Positions 26,462 to 36,273 of a stretch of 64,000 bases of DNA are shown here, piece by piece. Location: NCBI GenBank assembly GCA_044229245.1, contig JBGATI010000017.1, forward strand, positions 16,830-80,829, in the 5' to 3' direction. Under the pieces are notes generated by a model. It saw nothing but the letters and a program-made list of their open reading frames with translations, was not told where the DNA came from and did not search any database. Position 1 is the first letter of the stretch. Every line of letters begins with the position of its first letter. The DNA comes from Gemmatimonadales bacterium (lineage in GTDB: Bacteria; Gemmatimonadota; Gemmatimonadetes; Gemmatimonadales; GWC2-71-9). The position numbers and the translations under genes are program-made.

Positions 26462-26677
26462 CTACTTCTGCATGCGGGTGACCTTCTCTGCCGCCGGACC
26501 CTTCGGACCCTGCACCACGTCGAACTCGACCACTTCGCCCTCACGGAGCGACTTGAAGCCGCTGCCGACGATCGCCGAATGGTGAACGAAGCAATCCTTC
26601 TGTCCGTCATTCGGGGTGATGAAGCCGAAGCCCTTGCTGTCGTTGAACCACTTCACGGTCCCGGTCGTGCGAGCCAT
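26462..26677 (-). CDS. Cold-shock protein (CspA family)
   Basis: AAGGAG precedes the ATG at 26677. [17 protein letters not shown] and CFVHHSAI carry the RNP1/RNP2 motifs. The listed longer ORF is a 5' extension. Confidence 0.9.
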   Translation of the reverse strand: MARTTGTVKWFNDSKGFGFITPNDGQKDCFVHHSAIVGSGFKSLREGEVVEFDVVQGPKGPAAEKVTRMQK

Positions 26678-26858
26678 GCCCAACTCCTTGATGTCCTGAT
26701 GAACGTGTAGTCGGAGTTCGGGATGCCCGTAGCCACCGACACTAAAACAGGGATCACGGCCAGAGCCAGACCCCTGGGACTGCTTCTGGTCGATGGTCGC
26801 AGAAAAGACGGCTTCCATCGGAAGCACCGAAGCTAGCGACCTGTCCAACCGGTGTCAA
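26678..26858 (-). promoter_or_regulatory. Candidate sigma70-type promoter plus a ~145-nt 5' leader of the cold-shock gene
   Basis: -35 TTGACA (26858-26853), a 17-nt spacer and -10 TAGCTT (26835-26830). Long leaders are usual for csp genes. Confidence 0.45.
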
Positions 26859-26867
26859 ACCGGGGAC

Positions 26868-28007
26868 TTACGGCTGGCGACCCCTCTGATCGGCCAGGAC
26901 GAGTTCGCCCCGCCGGACGACCCCGACCCGTACCGCCAGTGTCGGCACATCACCCAGCGAATCGAAGCCCAGGCGCCCCACCACCCCCTCGAAGGGGGCC
27001 TCGGCGCCACCGACGCCCGCCAGCCGATCCCGGAGCTGGCGCCGATCTTCCGCCCCTTTCGCCGCCGCGGCCAGCAGCCGGACGGCGTCGTAGCTGCTCG
27101 CCGCCCCCTGATCGGGGAGCCCGGCGTCCGGGTACGCCTTCCGGTAGGCGGCCACGAACTGGCGGTTCTCCTCGCGCGGGTCGCTCGCGATATAGGCGGA
27201 GGTGACGTAGACCCCCTCCATCAACGCCGGGGACACCCGCTCCGCCCCGACCATTCCGTCCGCCGCGACCACCGGGATGCGATTCCCCGCTGCCTGCAAC
27301 TGCCGGAGCACGGCGAGTCCCTCGTCCTGATTGGCGGCAAGGACCAAGACGTCCACCCGGCGCTGTCTGGCGAGACGGACGAGATACGTCCCGATGTCGG
27401 CCTTGCCGGGGAGGAAGGGATCCACCTCGATCAGTTCACCGCCGAGACGCACGTACTCGCTGGCGAAGGTACGGCGGACCCCGCGGCCGTATTCGTCGTT
27501 GACGTAGAGCACGGCCGCGCGGTTGAGGCCCCGGTCGCGCGCGAAGCGGGCGAGTGCCGCCCCGTAGGCGAGATCGCTCGGGCAGAGGCGAAAGGTGTAG
27601 TCGCCCGCGGCAGAGAGGAGCGGGGAGGAGGCGGAGGGCGAGAGCTGGACGACCGGGCGGCGGCCGCCGTTGTAGACGGGCGCGGCCGCGAGAGTCACAC
27701 CGGAGTACGCACCGCCGATCACCGCGGAAACGTCGGAGTCGTACAGCCGGGTCGCGAGCGCGACGGCGGAGTCGGGATCGCCGAAGTCGTTTGCGACCAC
27801 CAGCTCGAGCCGACGCCCATCGATACCACCGGAGTCGTTGATCTGCTTCGCGGCGAGCTCGGCGCCGAGTCGCATGGGCAGTACGCCGGCATCGTTGAGC
27901 GAGACCGCAAGACCGAGGCGCACCGTCGGCGGCTCCGAATGGCAGCTCGAGACGAGAAGCACCGCTCCGAGGAGGAGCGGGAGGGGTCCTGGCGTGCGAG
28001 CAGTCAT
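26868..28007 (-). CDS. Periplasmic substrate-binding lipoprotein, branched-chain-amino-acid (LivK / Peripla_BP_6) type
   Basis: Lipobox LVSSC. LAAKQINDSGGIDGRRLELVVANDFGDPDSAV is a family signature. No cognate permease or ATPase is adjacent. Confidence 0.8.
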   Translation of the reverse strand: MTARTPGPLPLLLGAVLLVSSCHSEPPTVRLGLAVSLNDAGVLPMRLGAELAAKQINDSGGIDGRRLELVVANDFGDPDSAVALATRLYDSDVSAVIGGAYSGVTLAAAPVYNGGRRPVVQLSPSASSPLLSAAGDYTFRLCPSDLAYGAALARFARDRGLNRAAVLYVNDEYGRGVRRTFASEYVRLGGELIEVDPFLPGKADIGTYLVRLARQRRVDVLVLAANQDEGLAVLRQLQAAGNRIPVVAADGMVGAERVSPALMEGVYVTSAYIASDPREENRQFVAAYRKAYPDAGLPDQGAASSYDAVRLLAAAAKGAEDRRQLRDRLAGVGGAEAPFEGVVGRLGFDSLGDVPTLAVRVGVVRRGELVLADQRGRQP

Positions 28008-28131
28008 CCTCGCTCCAGAGTGGCGCGCGATCGTGAATGGAACAGATGAGGGGGCGGGCCACTCCCAAGATACAAGGCGGGCGGCCTGCCGCGCTCGTCA
28101 GGCCGGGTCGTCGCGGGAGGCAACGCGGCGT

Positions 28132-29241
28132 TCAGCGTGGCGCACTGCAGACACCGGGAAGCCCGTCGGCTGCGGTCGCGTTCCACTCCCGCACATCGAG
28201 CCCGAGGCAGGAGAGCAGCGTCCCGGCGATGTTCGCCTGGTGGACTTCCCCTGGGGTCGCGACTTCGCCCTGGTCGGGGGTGTAGGGGCCGATGACGGCC
28301 AGCCAGATCTGCTCCGAACCTGCCACCTCCTCGCCGTGATCCGTCCAGTTCGCGGGAGTGAGTCCTCGGCCGTGATCGGTGGTCACGATGAGGGTGGTGC
28401 GCCCGCGATACTCGGGCAGCGACTCCGTCGCCTGCCACAGCTCCCGCAGGAACCCGTCGAGCCCGTGGAGGGCGTCGAGGACCCTGTCGTAGCGGCGGGA
28501 GTGGGCCAGATCGTCGGTGTCGTCCATCGCTATATAGAGAAGCCGGGGCTGGTAACGGCGGAGCCACGCCATGGCCATCGCCCCGGTGAAGGCATCGAGT
28601 CGAGCCCCCTCCCAGAGCGCCTCCGCCCTGCCCTGCAGCACCGCGATGCGGCGCATCTCCGGCGTGGCGAGGGTGGCGGGTACGGAGTCGTCCCCGGCGT
28701 TGACGAATACGGCCCCTTCCCGGCTCGCCGCGTATTCCCGGAAATTCTCCCAGCTCCCGAAGAGGGCGACCTGGTCCTGTCGGAGGCCGAGCCGGCGGCG
28801 AGTGTACTCGAGCACGGTCTCATGGGCGTAGCGGACCCGGTCGTTGCTCTTCACATCGGGTTGGGCCTGACCGGTGAGGATCTCCTGGTAGCCCGGCGCC
28901 GAGAAGCCATGGGTGTTGGTAATGGTGGCTCGACTGCCGAGGGCGGCGTTGCCGAAGACCATGCCGCGCGGGGCGAGCGAGTCCCAGAAGAAGGGCATCA
29001 CGGCCCGGCGCCGCTCTCCGGCGGTCGGGCGCCAGTACGAACCCCTGAACCGTTCGCGGTTGGCGATTCCGCTCAGGGAGTCGCTGCCGCTCACGACGGT
29101 GTCCATGCCGCCGAAGAAGTCGGTGGGCCGGACGCCATCGAGCGTCACGAGGATCACGTGGCGGGGCGGCGCGGTCTGAGCGCGGAGGACGGCGGGGAGG
29201 CCGAGGGTCAGGAGTGCGGCAACGATCGAGACCGGTCGCAT
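28132..29241 (-). CDS. Secreted alkaline-phosphatase-superfamily enzyme (phosphodiesterase/pyrophosphatase-like)
   Basis: Signal peptide MRPVSIVAALLTLGLPAVLRAQ from the ATG at 29241; the listed start at 29271 is a TTG. HVILVTLDGVRPTDFF and the later TTDHG motif. Confidence 0.65.
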   Translation of the reverse strand: MRPVSIVAALLTLGLPAVLRAQTAPPRHVILVTLDGVRPTDFFGGMDTVVSGSDSLSGIANRERFRGSYWRPTAGERRRAVMPFFWDSLAPRGMVFGNAALGSRATITNTHGFSAPGYQEILTGQAQPDVKSNDRVRYAHETVLEYTRRRLGLRQDQVALFGSWENFREYAASREGAVFVNAGDDSVPATLATPEMRRIAVLQGRAEALWEGARLDAFTGAMAMAWLRRYQPRLLYIAMDDTDDLAHSRRYDRVLDALHGLDGFLRELWQATESLPEYRGRTTLIVTTDHGRGLTPANWTDHGEEVAGSEQIWLAVIGPYTPDQGEVATPGEVHQANIAGTLLSCLGLDVREWNATAADGLPGVCSAPR

Positions 29242-29335
29242 CGAGGTTGGTCCGGAGGATGGAGTGGGCAATCTAGGCCCAACGAGGGATGGCGCGAGCG
29301 TCGTTGTGACACGTTATTGACAAATTGGGAGGAAA

Positions 29336-29349
29336 TGTAAACGTTTACA
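29336..29349. promoter_or_regulatory. LacI/GalR-type operator: perfect palindrome TGTAAACGTTTACA
   Basis: Matches the family consensus TGnAAnCGnTTnCA. It lies 13 nt after a TTGACA hexamer (29317-29322) and 110 nt upstream of the LacI-family gene. I saw only one copy in the window. Confidence 0.6.
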
Positions 29350-29459
29350 TGCCCCTCAAGTCCGACATAATCGTCGGATCTAGACCAAAATTGGATTCTC
29401 TCGATCCCTCGGCCGCCACCAGTGCGTCCGGGCGATCCGACGCCCGCGAGCCTTCACTG

Positions 29460-30455
29460 ATGGTGACCATCAAGGATGTGGCCCGGATCGCTGGGGTCTC
29501 CGTGGCCACCGTGTCGCGGGTACTCAACGGCAGCGACCTGGTGCGGGATGGCACTCGGGAGCGGGTCCAGCAGATCGCGCTGGATCTGGGCTACAGCCCG
29601 CACGGCGCCGCGCGGAGCCTGATCACCAACCGCACCCACACGATCGGGGTGCTGTTGCCGGACATCTACGGGGAGTTTTTCTCGGAAGTCATCCGCGGCA
29701 TCGACCAGGCGGCCCAGCGGGAGGGGTACCACCTGCTGGTCTCGAGTGCGCGGGACGACCTCGAGAGCGCACTCCGGTCGATGCGGGGCCGGGTCGATGG
29801 CCTGATCGTGATGTCGCCGGCGCTGGATGCCATCGCCTCGCGACGGAGCCTGCCGGAGAACTTCCCGGTGGTCCTGCTCAACTGTCCGCCGAGCGATGCG
29901 GCGTACGACAGCCTGGGGATCGCGAACTTCGAAGGCGCCTATGCGATGGTGCGCCATCTCGCCGACCTGGGGCACCGCCGGATCGCGATCATCCGTGGGG
30001 TGGAACAGAACTTCGACGCAGCGGAGCGGTTGCGGGGCTATCGGGCTGCGGTCAGGGAACTCGGCCTCGAGGTCGCGCCCGGGCTCGAACTTCCCGGCGA
30101 CTTCAGCGAGGCGGCAGGGCATGCGGCGGCGCGGGCGATCCTCGGCAACGGGCTCCGGCCCACCGCGGTCTTCGCGGCGAACGATGGCATGGCGATCGGC
30201 GCGCTCAGCGCCTTTCGCGAGGCAGGACTTCAGGTCCCGGTGGACATCGCCGTCACCGGGTTTGACGACATCCCGATGGCACGGTACGTCGAGCCGGCGC
30301 TCACCTCCGTGCATGTCGATATCAGCGCGCTGGGCGAGCGCGCCACGGCCTGGCTCTTGTCCTCCCTGGGCGAGCCGCCGGACCGCCAACTCCGTCGTGA
30401 GACGCTTTCCACGACCCTCATCGTGCGGCGTTCCTGCGGCGCCCGGAGGCCGTAA
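29460..30455 (+). CDS. LacI-family transcriptional regulator
   Basis: N-terminal HTH MVTIKDVARIAGVSVATVSRVLNG followed by a periplasmic-binding-fold sugar domain. Confidence 0.9.
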   Translation: MVTIKDVARIAGVSVATVSRVLNGSDLVRDGTRERVQQIALDLGYSPHGAARSLITNRTHTIGVLLPDIYGEFFSEVIRGIDQAAQREGYHLLVSSARDDLESALRSMRGRVDGLIVMSPALDAIASRRSLPENFPVVLLNCPPSDAAYDSLGIANFEGAYAMVRHLADLGHRRIAIIRGVEQNFDAAERLRGYRAAVRELGLEVAPGLELPGDFSEAAGHAAARAILGNGLRPTAVFAANDGMAIGALSAFREAGLQVPVDIAVTGFDDIPMARYVEPALTSVHVDISALGERATAWLLSSLGEPPDRQLRRETLSTTLIVRRSCGARRP

Positions 30456-30491
30456 GCCTCCGCATCTTCACCACCCCTGGAGGAAGTCGGT

Positions 30492-33485
30492 ATGACCATC
30501 AGAAACGTTGTGCGATGGCTGGGAGGGGCGCTCGCGGTACTCGGGCTCATCCTCCTGACGGCGGGTAGTGCCTCCGCCCAGACGAGTACCGGGACCATCC
30601 GGGGCACCATCACCGGTGCCGACGGCAAGGGTCTCAGCGGCGCGGAAATCATGGCCAAGAACCTCTCCAGCGGCGTCGAGCGTTCGACGGCCAGCCGCGC
30701 GGACGGCGCCTACACGCTCGCCGGCATGGTGCCCGCGACCTATCAGCTGACGGTGCGACGCATCGGCAGCGGCGCGCAGGCGCGGACCGTCGTGGTCCAG
30801 GTCGGCGCGACGCTGATTCAGGACTTCAAGCTGGAAGAGAAGGCGGTCGAGATCGGCGAGCTGACCGTGACGGTCCAGGCCCCGGTCGCGGAGACCCGGA
30901 CCTCCGAGGTCGCCACCAACATCACCCAGGAACAGATCGAGAAGCTGCCGACGCCGAGCCGGAACTTCCTCGACCTCGCGGCGCTGTCACCTGGCGTGAG
31001 CGTGGCGGAAGACCGGATCAACGGGACGTCAAAGAACATCACCGCGGGCGGCCAGAGCGCCAACTCGGTGAACATCTTCGTGGACGGCGTGAGCCTCAAG
31101 AATGACCTGACCGCCGGCGGCATCGCGGGCCAGGACGCCAGCCGCGGCAATCCGTTCCCACGGAACGCGGTGCAGGAGTACCGGGTCATCAGCCAGAACT
31201 TCAAGGCGGAGTACCAGAAGGCCTCGAGCGCGGTGATCACCTCGACCACGAAGTCGGGCGGCAACATCTGGTCCGGCAACGCCTTCTTCGGCTACCAGGA
31301 CAAGGGGCTCGTGGCGCGGGACACCTTCGACATCGCCAACAAGGTGAAGAAGGCCGACTACAGCCGCTCGATCCTCGGCCTGAGCGCCGGCGGCCCGATC
31401 ATCAAGAACAAGCTGCATTTCTTCGGGTCGTACGAGGGCAACTACCAGAACCGTACCGCCACCGTGAACTTCACCCCGCCGACCGGCATCGCCGCGCTCG
31501 ACACGGTGAACCTCACCGGTTACAACGGCTCGAAGCAGTCGCCGTTCCGCGAGACCCTGCTCTTCGGCAAGCTGAGCTACGCGGTGAACCAGAACTCCTC
31601 GGCCGAATTCAGCTTCAACAACCGGCATGAGACAGACGTGCGCGACTTCGGCGGCACCACCTCGCTGCAGTCGGCGACGAACTTCCGCAACATCACCAGC
31701 GTCGCGAACCTCAAGTACAACTTCTTCAAGGGTCCGTGGCTCAACGAGGCGGCGGTCAGCTATTCCCGCTTCCGCCGCAACCCGACCCCGGACACCCCGG
31801 GCCTCCCGTCGCGGGTGTTCCACTACCCCGGCCAGGATGCGCGGATCGGCAGCAACCTGAGCATCCAGGACTTCACCCAGAAGCGGCTCGGCTTCCGCAA
31901 CGACCTGACCTACTCCGGCTTCCAGATGGCCGGCCAGCACGTCTTCAAGGTCGGCGCGGTGGTGGACTTCGTGAAGTACGACGTGATCAAGCGGAACGAC
32001 GAGACGCCGAAGTTCGAGTACTCGCAGTACGTCGACTCGACCAACTACGGCTGGACCACCGATCCGACCCAGCTCGCGTTCAACTTCCAGACGCCGTACC
32101 AGCTGACCTACGGCACCGGCGTCCCCGGCCTGAACGTGAACAACACCCAGATCGGCGCCTACCTGCAGGACGACTGGACCCCGACCCCGCGCCTGACCCT
32201 GAACCTGGGCCTGCGCTGGGACTACGAGTCCAACATGTTCAACACGAAGTACAAGACGCCGCAGAACGTCGTTGATACCCTGACCCGCTACAACGACTCG
32301 CTGCCGTCGCCGCTCGACCTCAGCCGGTACATCAGCACCGGCAACAACCGGAAGCCCTTCACCGGCGCCTTCCAGCCGCGGGTCGGCTTCTCGTACGCGC
32401 TCGACAACCAGAACAAGACGACGATCTTCGGCGGCTTCGGCATCTACTACGACCGCTCGATCTTCGACTTCTCGGTCGACGAAATCCAGAAGCTGACCCA
32501 TCCGACCTACCAGATCCGCTTTGCCGCGCCGGGCCAGGCGCCGAAGCCGGGTCAGGTGGCCTGGAACAACAGCTACCTCACCGCCGACACCACGGTGCTC
32601 AACACCCTGGTGCACAGCTTCGGGCAGCCGGAAGCGTTCCTGATCGACAACAAGACCAAGCTGCCGAAGTCGAAGCAGTGGAGTCTCGGCATCCGCCGCA
32701 CCTTCGGCAGCTTCGCCGGCACGGTGACCTACCAGGGCCAGCGCGGCACCGACCAGTTCACCTACACCTGGGCGAACATCGGGCTCAACCCGAACGGCTC
32801 CTGCTGCACCAGCTTCAACATCGGGGCCCACGGCTTCAACAACTTCATCGCCTCGACGAACGACGGAAAGACCTGGTATGACGCGCTGTCGTTCCAGCTC
32901 GACCGCCCGTACCGCCGCAGCGCCAGCTCGAAGTTCGGCTGGGGCGCGGGCCTGCTGTACACCTACGCCAAGCGGTCCATCGCCGGCGTGGACAACCTGA
33001 ACGACCTGAGCAGCTCGTTCCCCGGCGCGTTCCCGAATGCCAAGGGCATCCCGAAGCATGCCGACAACGGCGGCAACGACGAGCGGCACCATGTCGTGGC
33101 CAACTGGATCATGGACCTGCCGTATGCCTTCGGCATCCAGTTCAGCGGCCTGATCACCCTCGGCAGTGGCGCCAAGCTCGACGTCGGCTGCCCGGCCCGC
33201 TTCTGCGGCCCGAGCACCTACGTCAACGGCGGCTTCACGCCGAAGAAGTACGACTTCATCATCCCGGGCGCGTGGGCCTACCGGAACGTCGATCTCCGTC
33301 TCCGGAAGGATTTCCCGAGTTTCGCCGGCACCCAGCTCGGCGTCACGATGGATATCTACAACGCGTTCAATTACCGGAACTTCGGGTGCTACGACACGGG
33401 CTTCCAGTCACCGAACCAGGGCAAGGCGTTCTGCGCCGTCAGCGATCCGCGCCGGTTCCAGCTCGGTGCCGAGTATAACTTCTAG
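30492..33485 (+). CDS. TonB-dependent outer-membrane receptor with a CarboxypepD_reg-like N-terminal domain
   Basis: GGAGGA RBS and a signal peptide. GTIRGTITGADGKGLSGAEI is followed by plug and barrel regions. The terminal residue is F (EYNF). Confidence 0.9.
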   Translation: MTIRNVVRWLGGALAVLGLILLTAGSASAQTSTGTIRGTITGADGKGLSGAEIMAKNLSSGVERSTASRADGAYTLAGMVPATYQLTVRRIGSGAQARTVVVQVGATLIQDFKLEEKAVEIGELTVTVQAPVAETRTSEVATNITQEQIEKLPTPSRNFLDLAALSPGVSVAEDRINGTSKNITAGGQSANSVNIFVDGVSLKNDLTAGGIAGQDASRGNPFPRNAVQEYRVISQNFKAEYQKASSAVITSTTKSGGNIWSGNAFFGYQDKGLVARDTFDIANKVKKADYSRSILGLSAGGPIIKNKLHFFGSYEGNYQNRTATVNFTPPTGIAALDTVNLTGYNGSKQSPFRETLLFGKLSYAVNQNSSAEFSFNNRHETDVRDFGGTTSLQSATNFRNITSVANLKYNFFKGPWLNEAAVSYSRFRRNPTPDTPGLPSRVFHYPGQDARIGSNLSIQDFTQKRLGFRNDLTYSGFQMAGQHVFKVGAVVDFVKYDVIKRNDETPKFEYSQYVDSTNYGWTTDPTQLAFNFQTPYQLTYGTGVPGLNVNNTQIGAYLQDDWTPTPRLTLNLGLRWDYESNMFNTKYKTPQNVVDTLTRYNDSLPSPLDLSRYISTGNNRKPFTGAFQPRVGFSYALDNQNKTTIFGGFGIYYDRSIFDFSVDEIQKLTHPTYQIRFAAPGQAPKPGQVAWNNSYLTADTTVLNTLVHSFGQPEAFLIDNKTKLPKSKQWSLGIRRTFGSFAGTVTYQGQRGTDQFTYTWANIGLNPNGSCCTSFNIGAHGFNNFIASTNDGKTWYDALSFQLDRPYRRSASSKFGWGAGLLYTYAKRSIAGVDNLNDLSSSFPGAFPNAKGIPKHADNGGNDERHHVVANWIMDLPYAFGIQFSGLITLGSGAKLDVGCPARFCGPSTYVNGGFTPKKYDFIIPGAWAYRNVDLRLRKDFPSFAGTQLGVTMDIYNAFNYRNFGCYDTGFQSPNQGKAFCAVSDPRRFQLGAEYNF

Positions 33486-33559
33486 TTGACCTCCTGAGCC
33501 GTGGGGCATCCACGCCGGATGCCTCACGGTGCATCCCCCCTGACGGGGGCGGAACGACC

Positions 33560-34993
33560 ATGCGTGCACTCCTGACCCGGCTCCCCGCCCCCGCCAGCCT
33601 GCTTCTCCTGGGCCTCCTCGCCTGCAACGGCATGGGGCCCGCCCCAACCACCGAACCGATCACCTCTCCGCGGGCCCAGGCGTTCCTCGACACCCTCGAG
33701 CAGCGCACCTTCGGCTTCTTCTGGGAGCGGACCGACGCGGCCACCGGCCTGACGCCGGACCGCTGGCCCACGCAGAGCTTCTCCAGCATCGCCGCGGTCG
33801 GCTTTGCGCTGACGGCCTACCCCATCGGGGCCGAACAGGGCTACGTCACCCGCAGCGAAGCGGCCGATCGGACCCTCACGACTCTCCGCTGGTTCTGGCA
33901 GGCGCCCCAGGGCGCCGCGGCCACCGGAATGAGCGGCTACAAGGGCTTCTTCTACCATTTCCTCGATCCGCAGAGCGGGGCCCGCTTCCGGGATGTGGAG
34001 CTGTCGACGGTGGACACCTCCCTCCTGCTCGGCGGCGTGCTGTTCTGCCAGCAGTACTTCGACGGCGCCGATCCGACCGAAGCGGCCATCCGTGCGTACG
34101 CCGACTCGCTTTATCGCCGGGTGGACTGGCAATGGGCGCAGCGGACGCCACCCCTCGTCAACATGGGCTGGAAGCCGGAAGACGGCTGGCAGCCGCTCGA
34201 CTGGCGTGGCTTCAACGAGGCGATGCTGGTCTACATCCTCGCGTTAGGCTCGCCGACCTCACCGATCGACTCGAGCGCCTGGTCCGCCTGGTCGAGCACC
34301 TACCAGTGGGGCAGTTACTACCACCAGGCGCACATCGGCTTCGCCCCGCTCTTCGGCCACCACTACACCCAGGTCTGGGTCGACTTCCGCGGCGTGCAGG
34401 ATCCCTACACCCGCGCCCACGGCATCGACTACTTCGAGAACTCGCGCCGGGCCACGCTCTCCCAGCGCAGCTACGCGATGGACAATCCGGCGGGGTGGGC
34501 CGGCTATGGCGCCAACAGCTGGGGCCTCTCCGCCTCCGACGGGCCGGCCGATGTGACCCTCAGCTACCAGGGAACCGCGCGGCGCTTCTTCACCTATGCG
34601 GCGCGCGGCGCCTCGTTCACCGAAGTGCGGGACGACGGCACGATCGCACCGACGGCGGCGGCGGGCTCGATTCCCTTCGCTCCCGAAGTGGTGATCCCCG
34701 CGCTGCTCGGCATGCGGGAACGCTACGGCCAGTGGCTCTTCGGCCAGTACGGATTCCTCGACGCCTTCAATCCGAGTTTCCAGTTCCCCGTCACGGTGAG
34801 TCAGGGTCGGATCGTGTCCGGCCAGGGGTGGTTCGACACCGACTACCTCGGCATCGACCAGGGCCCGATCCTCGCGATGCTGGCGAACTACCGGTCGGAC
34901 CTGGTGTGGAAGTACATGCGGAAGAGCCCCTACATCATTCGCGGGCTGCGTCGGGCCGGCTTCTCCGGCGGCTGGCTGGATCAGGCTCCGTGA
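33560..34993 (+). CDS. GH144-like lipoprotein (glucoamylase-family fold; predicted endo-beta-1,2-glucanase)
   Basis: Lipobox LLAC. FGFFWERTDAATGL, SIAAVGFALTAY, GFFYHFLD and ELSTVDTSLLLGGVLF match my memory of the PF10091/GH144 family. Confidence 0.7.
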   Translation: MRALLTRLPAPASLLLLGLLACNGMGPAPTTEPITSPRAQAFLDTLEQRTFGFFWERTDAATGLTPDRWPTQSFSSIAAVGFALTAYPIGAEQGYVTRSEAADRTLTTLRWFWQAPQGAAATGMSGYKGFFYHFLDPQSGARFRDVELSTVDTSLLLGGVLFCQQYFDGADPTEAAIRAYADSLYRRVDWQWAQRTPPLVNMGWKPEDGWQPLDWRGFNEAMLVYILALGSPTSPIDSSAWSAWSSTYQWGSYYHQAHIGFAPLFGHHYTQVWVDFRGVQDPYTRAHGIDYFENSRRATLSQRSYAMDNPAGWAGYGANSWGLSASDGPADVTLSYQGTARRFFTYAARGASFTEVRDDGTIAPTAAAGSIPFAPEVVIPALLGMRERYGQWLFGQYGFLDAFNPSFQFPVTVSQGRIVSGQGWFDTDYLGIDQGPILAMLANYRSDLVWKYMRKSPYIIRGLRRAGFSGGWLDQAP

Positions 34994-36273
34994 GGCACCT
35001 CTCCCCGCGCCCCTCCCCTTGCTGGCGAATCGGGGGGAGGGCGCTCGCCGCGCTGCTGCTGATCGGATGTCAGCGCGCCGAAGACGCCAGCACGATCCGC
35101 TTCTGGGCGTTCGGCCGCGAGGGTGAAGTGGTGCAGGAGCTCGCCCGCGGCTTCGAGCGGGAGCACCCCGGCGTCCGCGTCCGGGTGCAGCAGATTCCCT
35201 GGTCGGCGGCACACGAGAAGCTGCTCACCTCGATCGTGGGACGTTCGACGCCTGACGTGGCGCAGATGGGCAACACCTGGATTCCGGAGATGGTGGCCCT
35301 CGGCGCGCTCGCGCCGATCACCACCCCGCTCGGCGACAGCAGCTATTTCCCGGGGATCGTCGCCACGAACGTCATCCACGACACGCTGTACGGTCTCCCC
35401 TGGTACGTGGACACCCGGGTGCTGTTCTACCGGAAGGACATCCTCGCCCAGGCCGGCTACACGAAGATGCCGGAGACCTGGACGGGCTGGCGCGAGGCGA
35501 TGCTCGCCATCAAGCGGACGGTGGGGAAGGATCGCTACGCGATCTTCCTGCCGACCAACGAATGGCCGCCGCAGGCGATCCTCGGGCTGCAACAGGGCTC
35601 GCCGCTCATCGACACCACCGGGCACGGGGCGTTCGCGCAGCCGGCGTTCGCCCGCGCCTTCGACTTCCTGCTTTCGCTCTATCACGATCAGCTCGCCCCG
35701 CCGGTGAGCAACACCGAGATCGCGAATCTCTACCAGGAGTTCGGGCGCGGGTACTTCTCGATGTACATCAGCGGCCCGTGGAATCTGGGCGAATTCCGCC
35801 GCCGGCTCCCGGCCGAGCTGCAGCAGGCCTGGGGCACCGCTCCCCTGCCCGGCCCCACCGGTGCCGAGTCAGGCGTGTCGCTCGCAGGGGGTTCGAGCCT
35901 GGTCGTGTTCCGCGCTTCGAAGCACCGGGAACTCGCGACCCAGCTCGTCGAGTATCTCAGCCGCCCCGAGCAGCAGGCGGCGTTCTACCGGCTTACCGGG
36001 GACCTTCCCGCCCGGCGCGAGGCCTGGGCGGACTCCGCGCTCGCCGCCGACCGCGAGGCGGACGCCTTCCGCGTTCAGCTCCTGCGGGCGGTGCCCACGC
36101 CGATGGTGCCGGAGTGGGAACAGGTGACGACGAAGATCATGGATCACACCGAGGCGGCGGTGCGGGGTGGCACGAAGCCCGCTGCGGCGCTCGCCGCCCT
36201 CGACGCCGACGTCGACCGGCTGCTCGAGCGGCGGCGATACCTGCTCGCGCGCGAGCGGAAGGTGACCCCGTGA
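34990..36273 (+). CDS. ABC sugar transporter substrate-binding lipoprotein (SBP family 1)
   Basis: The GTG at 34990 overlaps the upstream TGA (GTGA). Lipobox LLIGC. IRFWAFGREGEVV and DVAQMGNTWIPE. Confidence 0.8.
   Translation: MRHLSPRPSPCWRIGGRALAALLLIGCQRAEDASTIRFWAFGREGEVVQELARGFEREHPGVRVRVQQIPWSAAHEKLLTSIVGRSTPDVAQMGNTWIPEMVALGALAPITTPLGDSSYFPGIVATNVIHDTLYGLPWYVDTRVLFYRKDILAQAGYTKMPETWTGWREAMLAIKRTVGKDRYAIFLPTNEWPPQAILGLQQGSPLIDTTGHGAFAQPAFARAFDFLLSLYHDQLAPPVSNTEIANLYQEFGRGYFSMYISGPWNLGEFRRRLPAELQQAWGTAPLPGPTGAESGVSLAGGSSLVVFRASKHRELATQLVEYLSRPEQQAAFYRLTGDLPARREAWADSALAADREADAFRVQLLRAVPTPMVPEWEQVTTKIMDHTEAAVRGGTKPAAALAALDADVDRLLERRRYLLARERKVTP

Noticed and set aside
29325-29459. 45-codon N-terminal extension of the LacI-family ORF
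   Set aside because: The LacI HTH must be at the extreme N-terminus, and the ATG at 29460 gives MVTIKDVA.... The extension would also run into the operator and promoter region.
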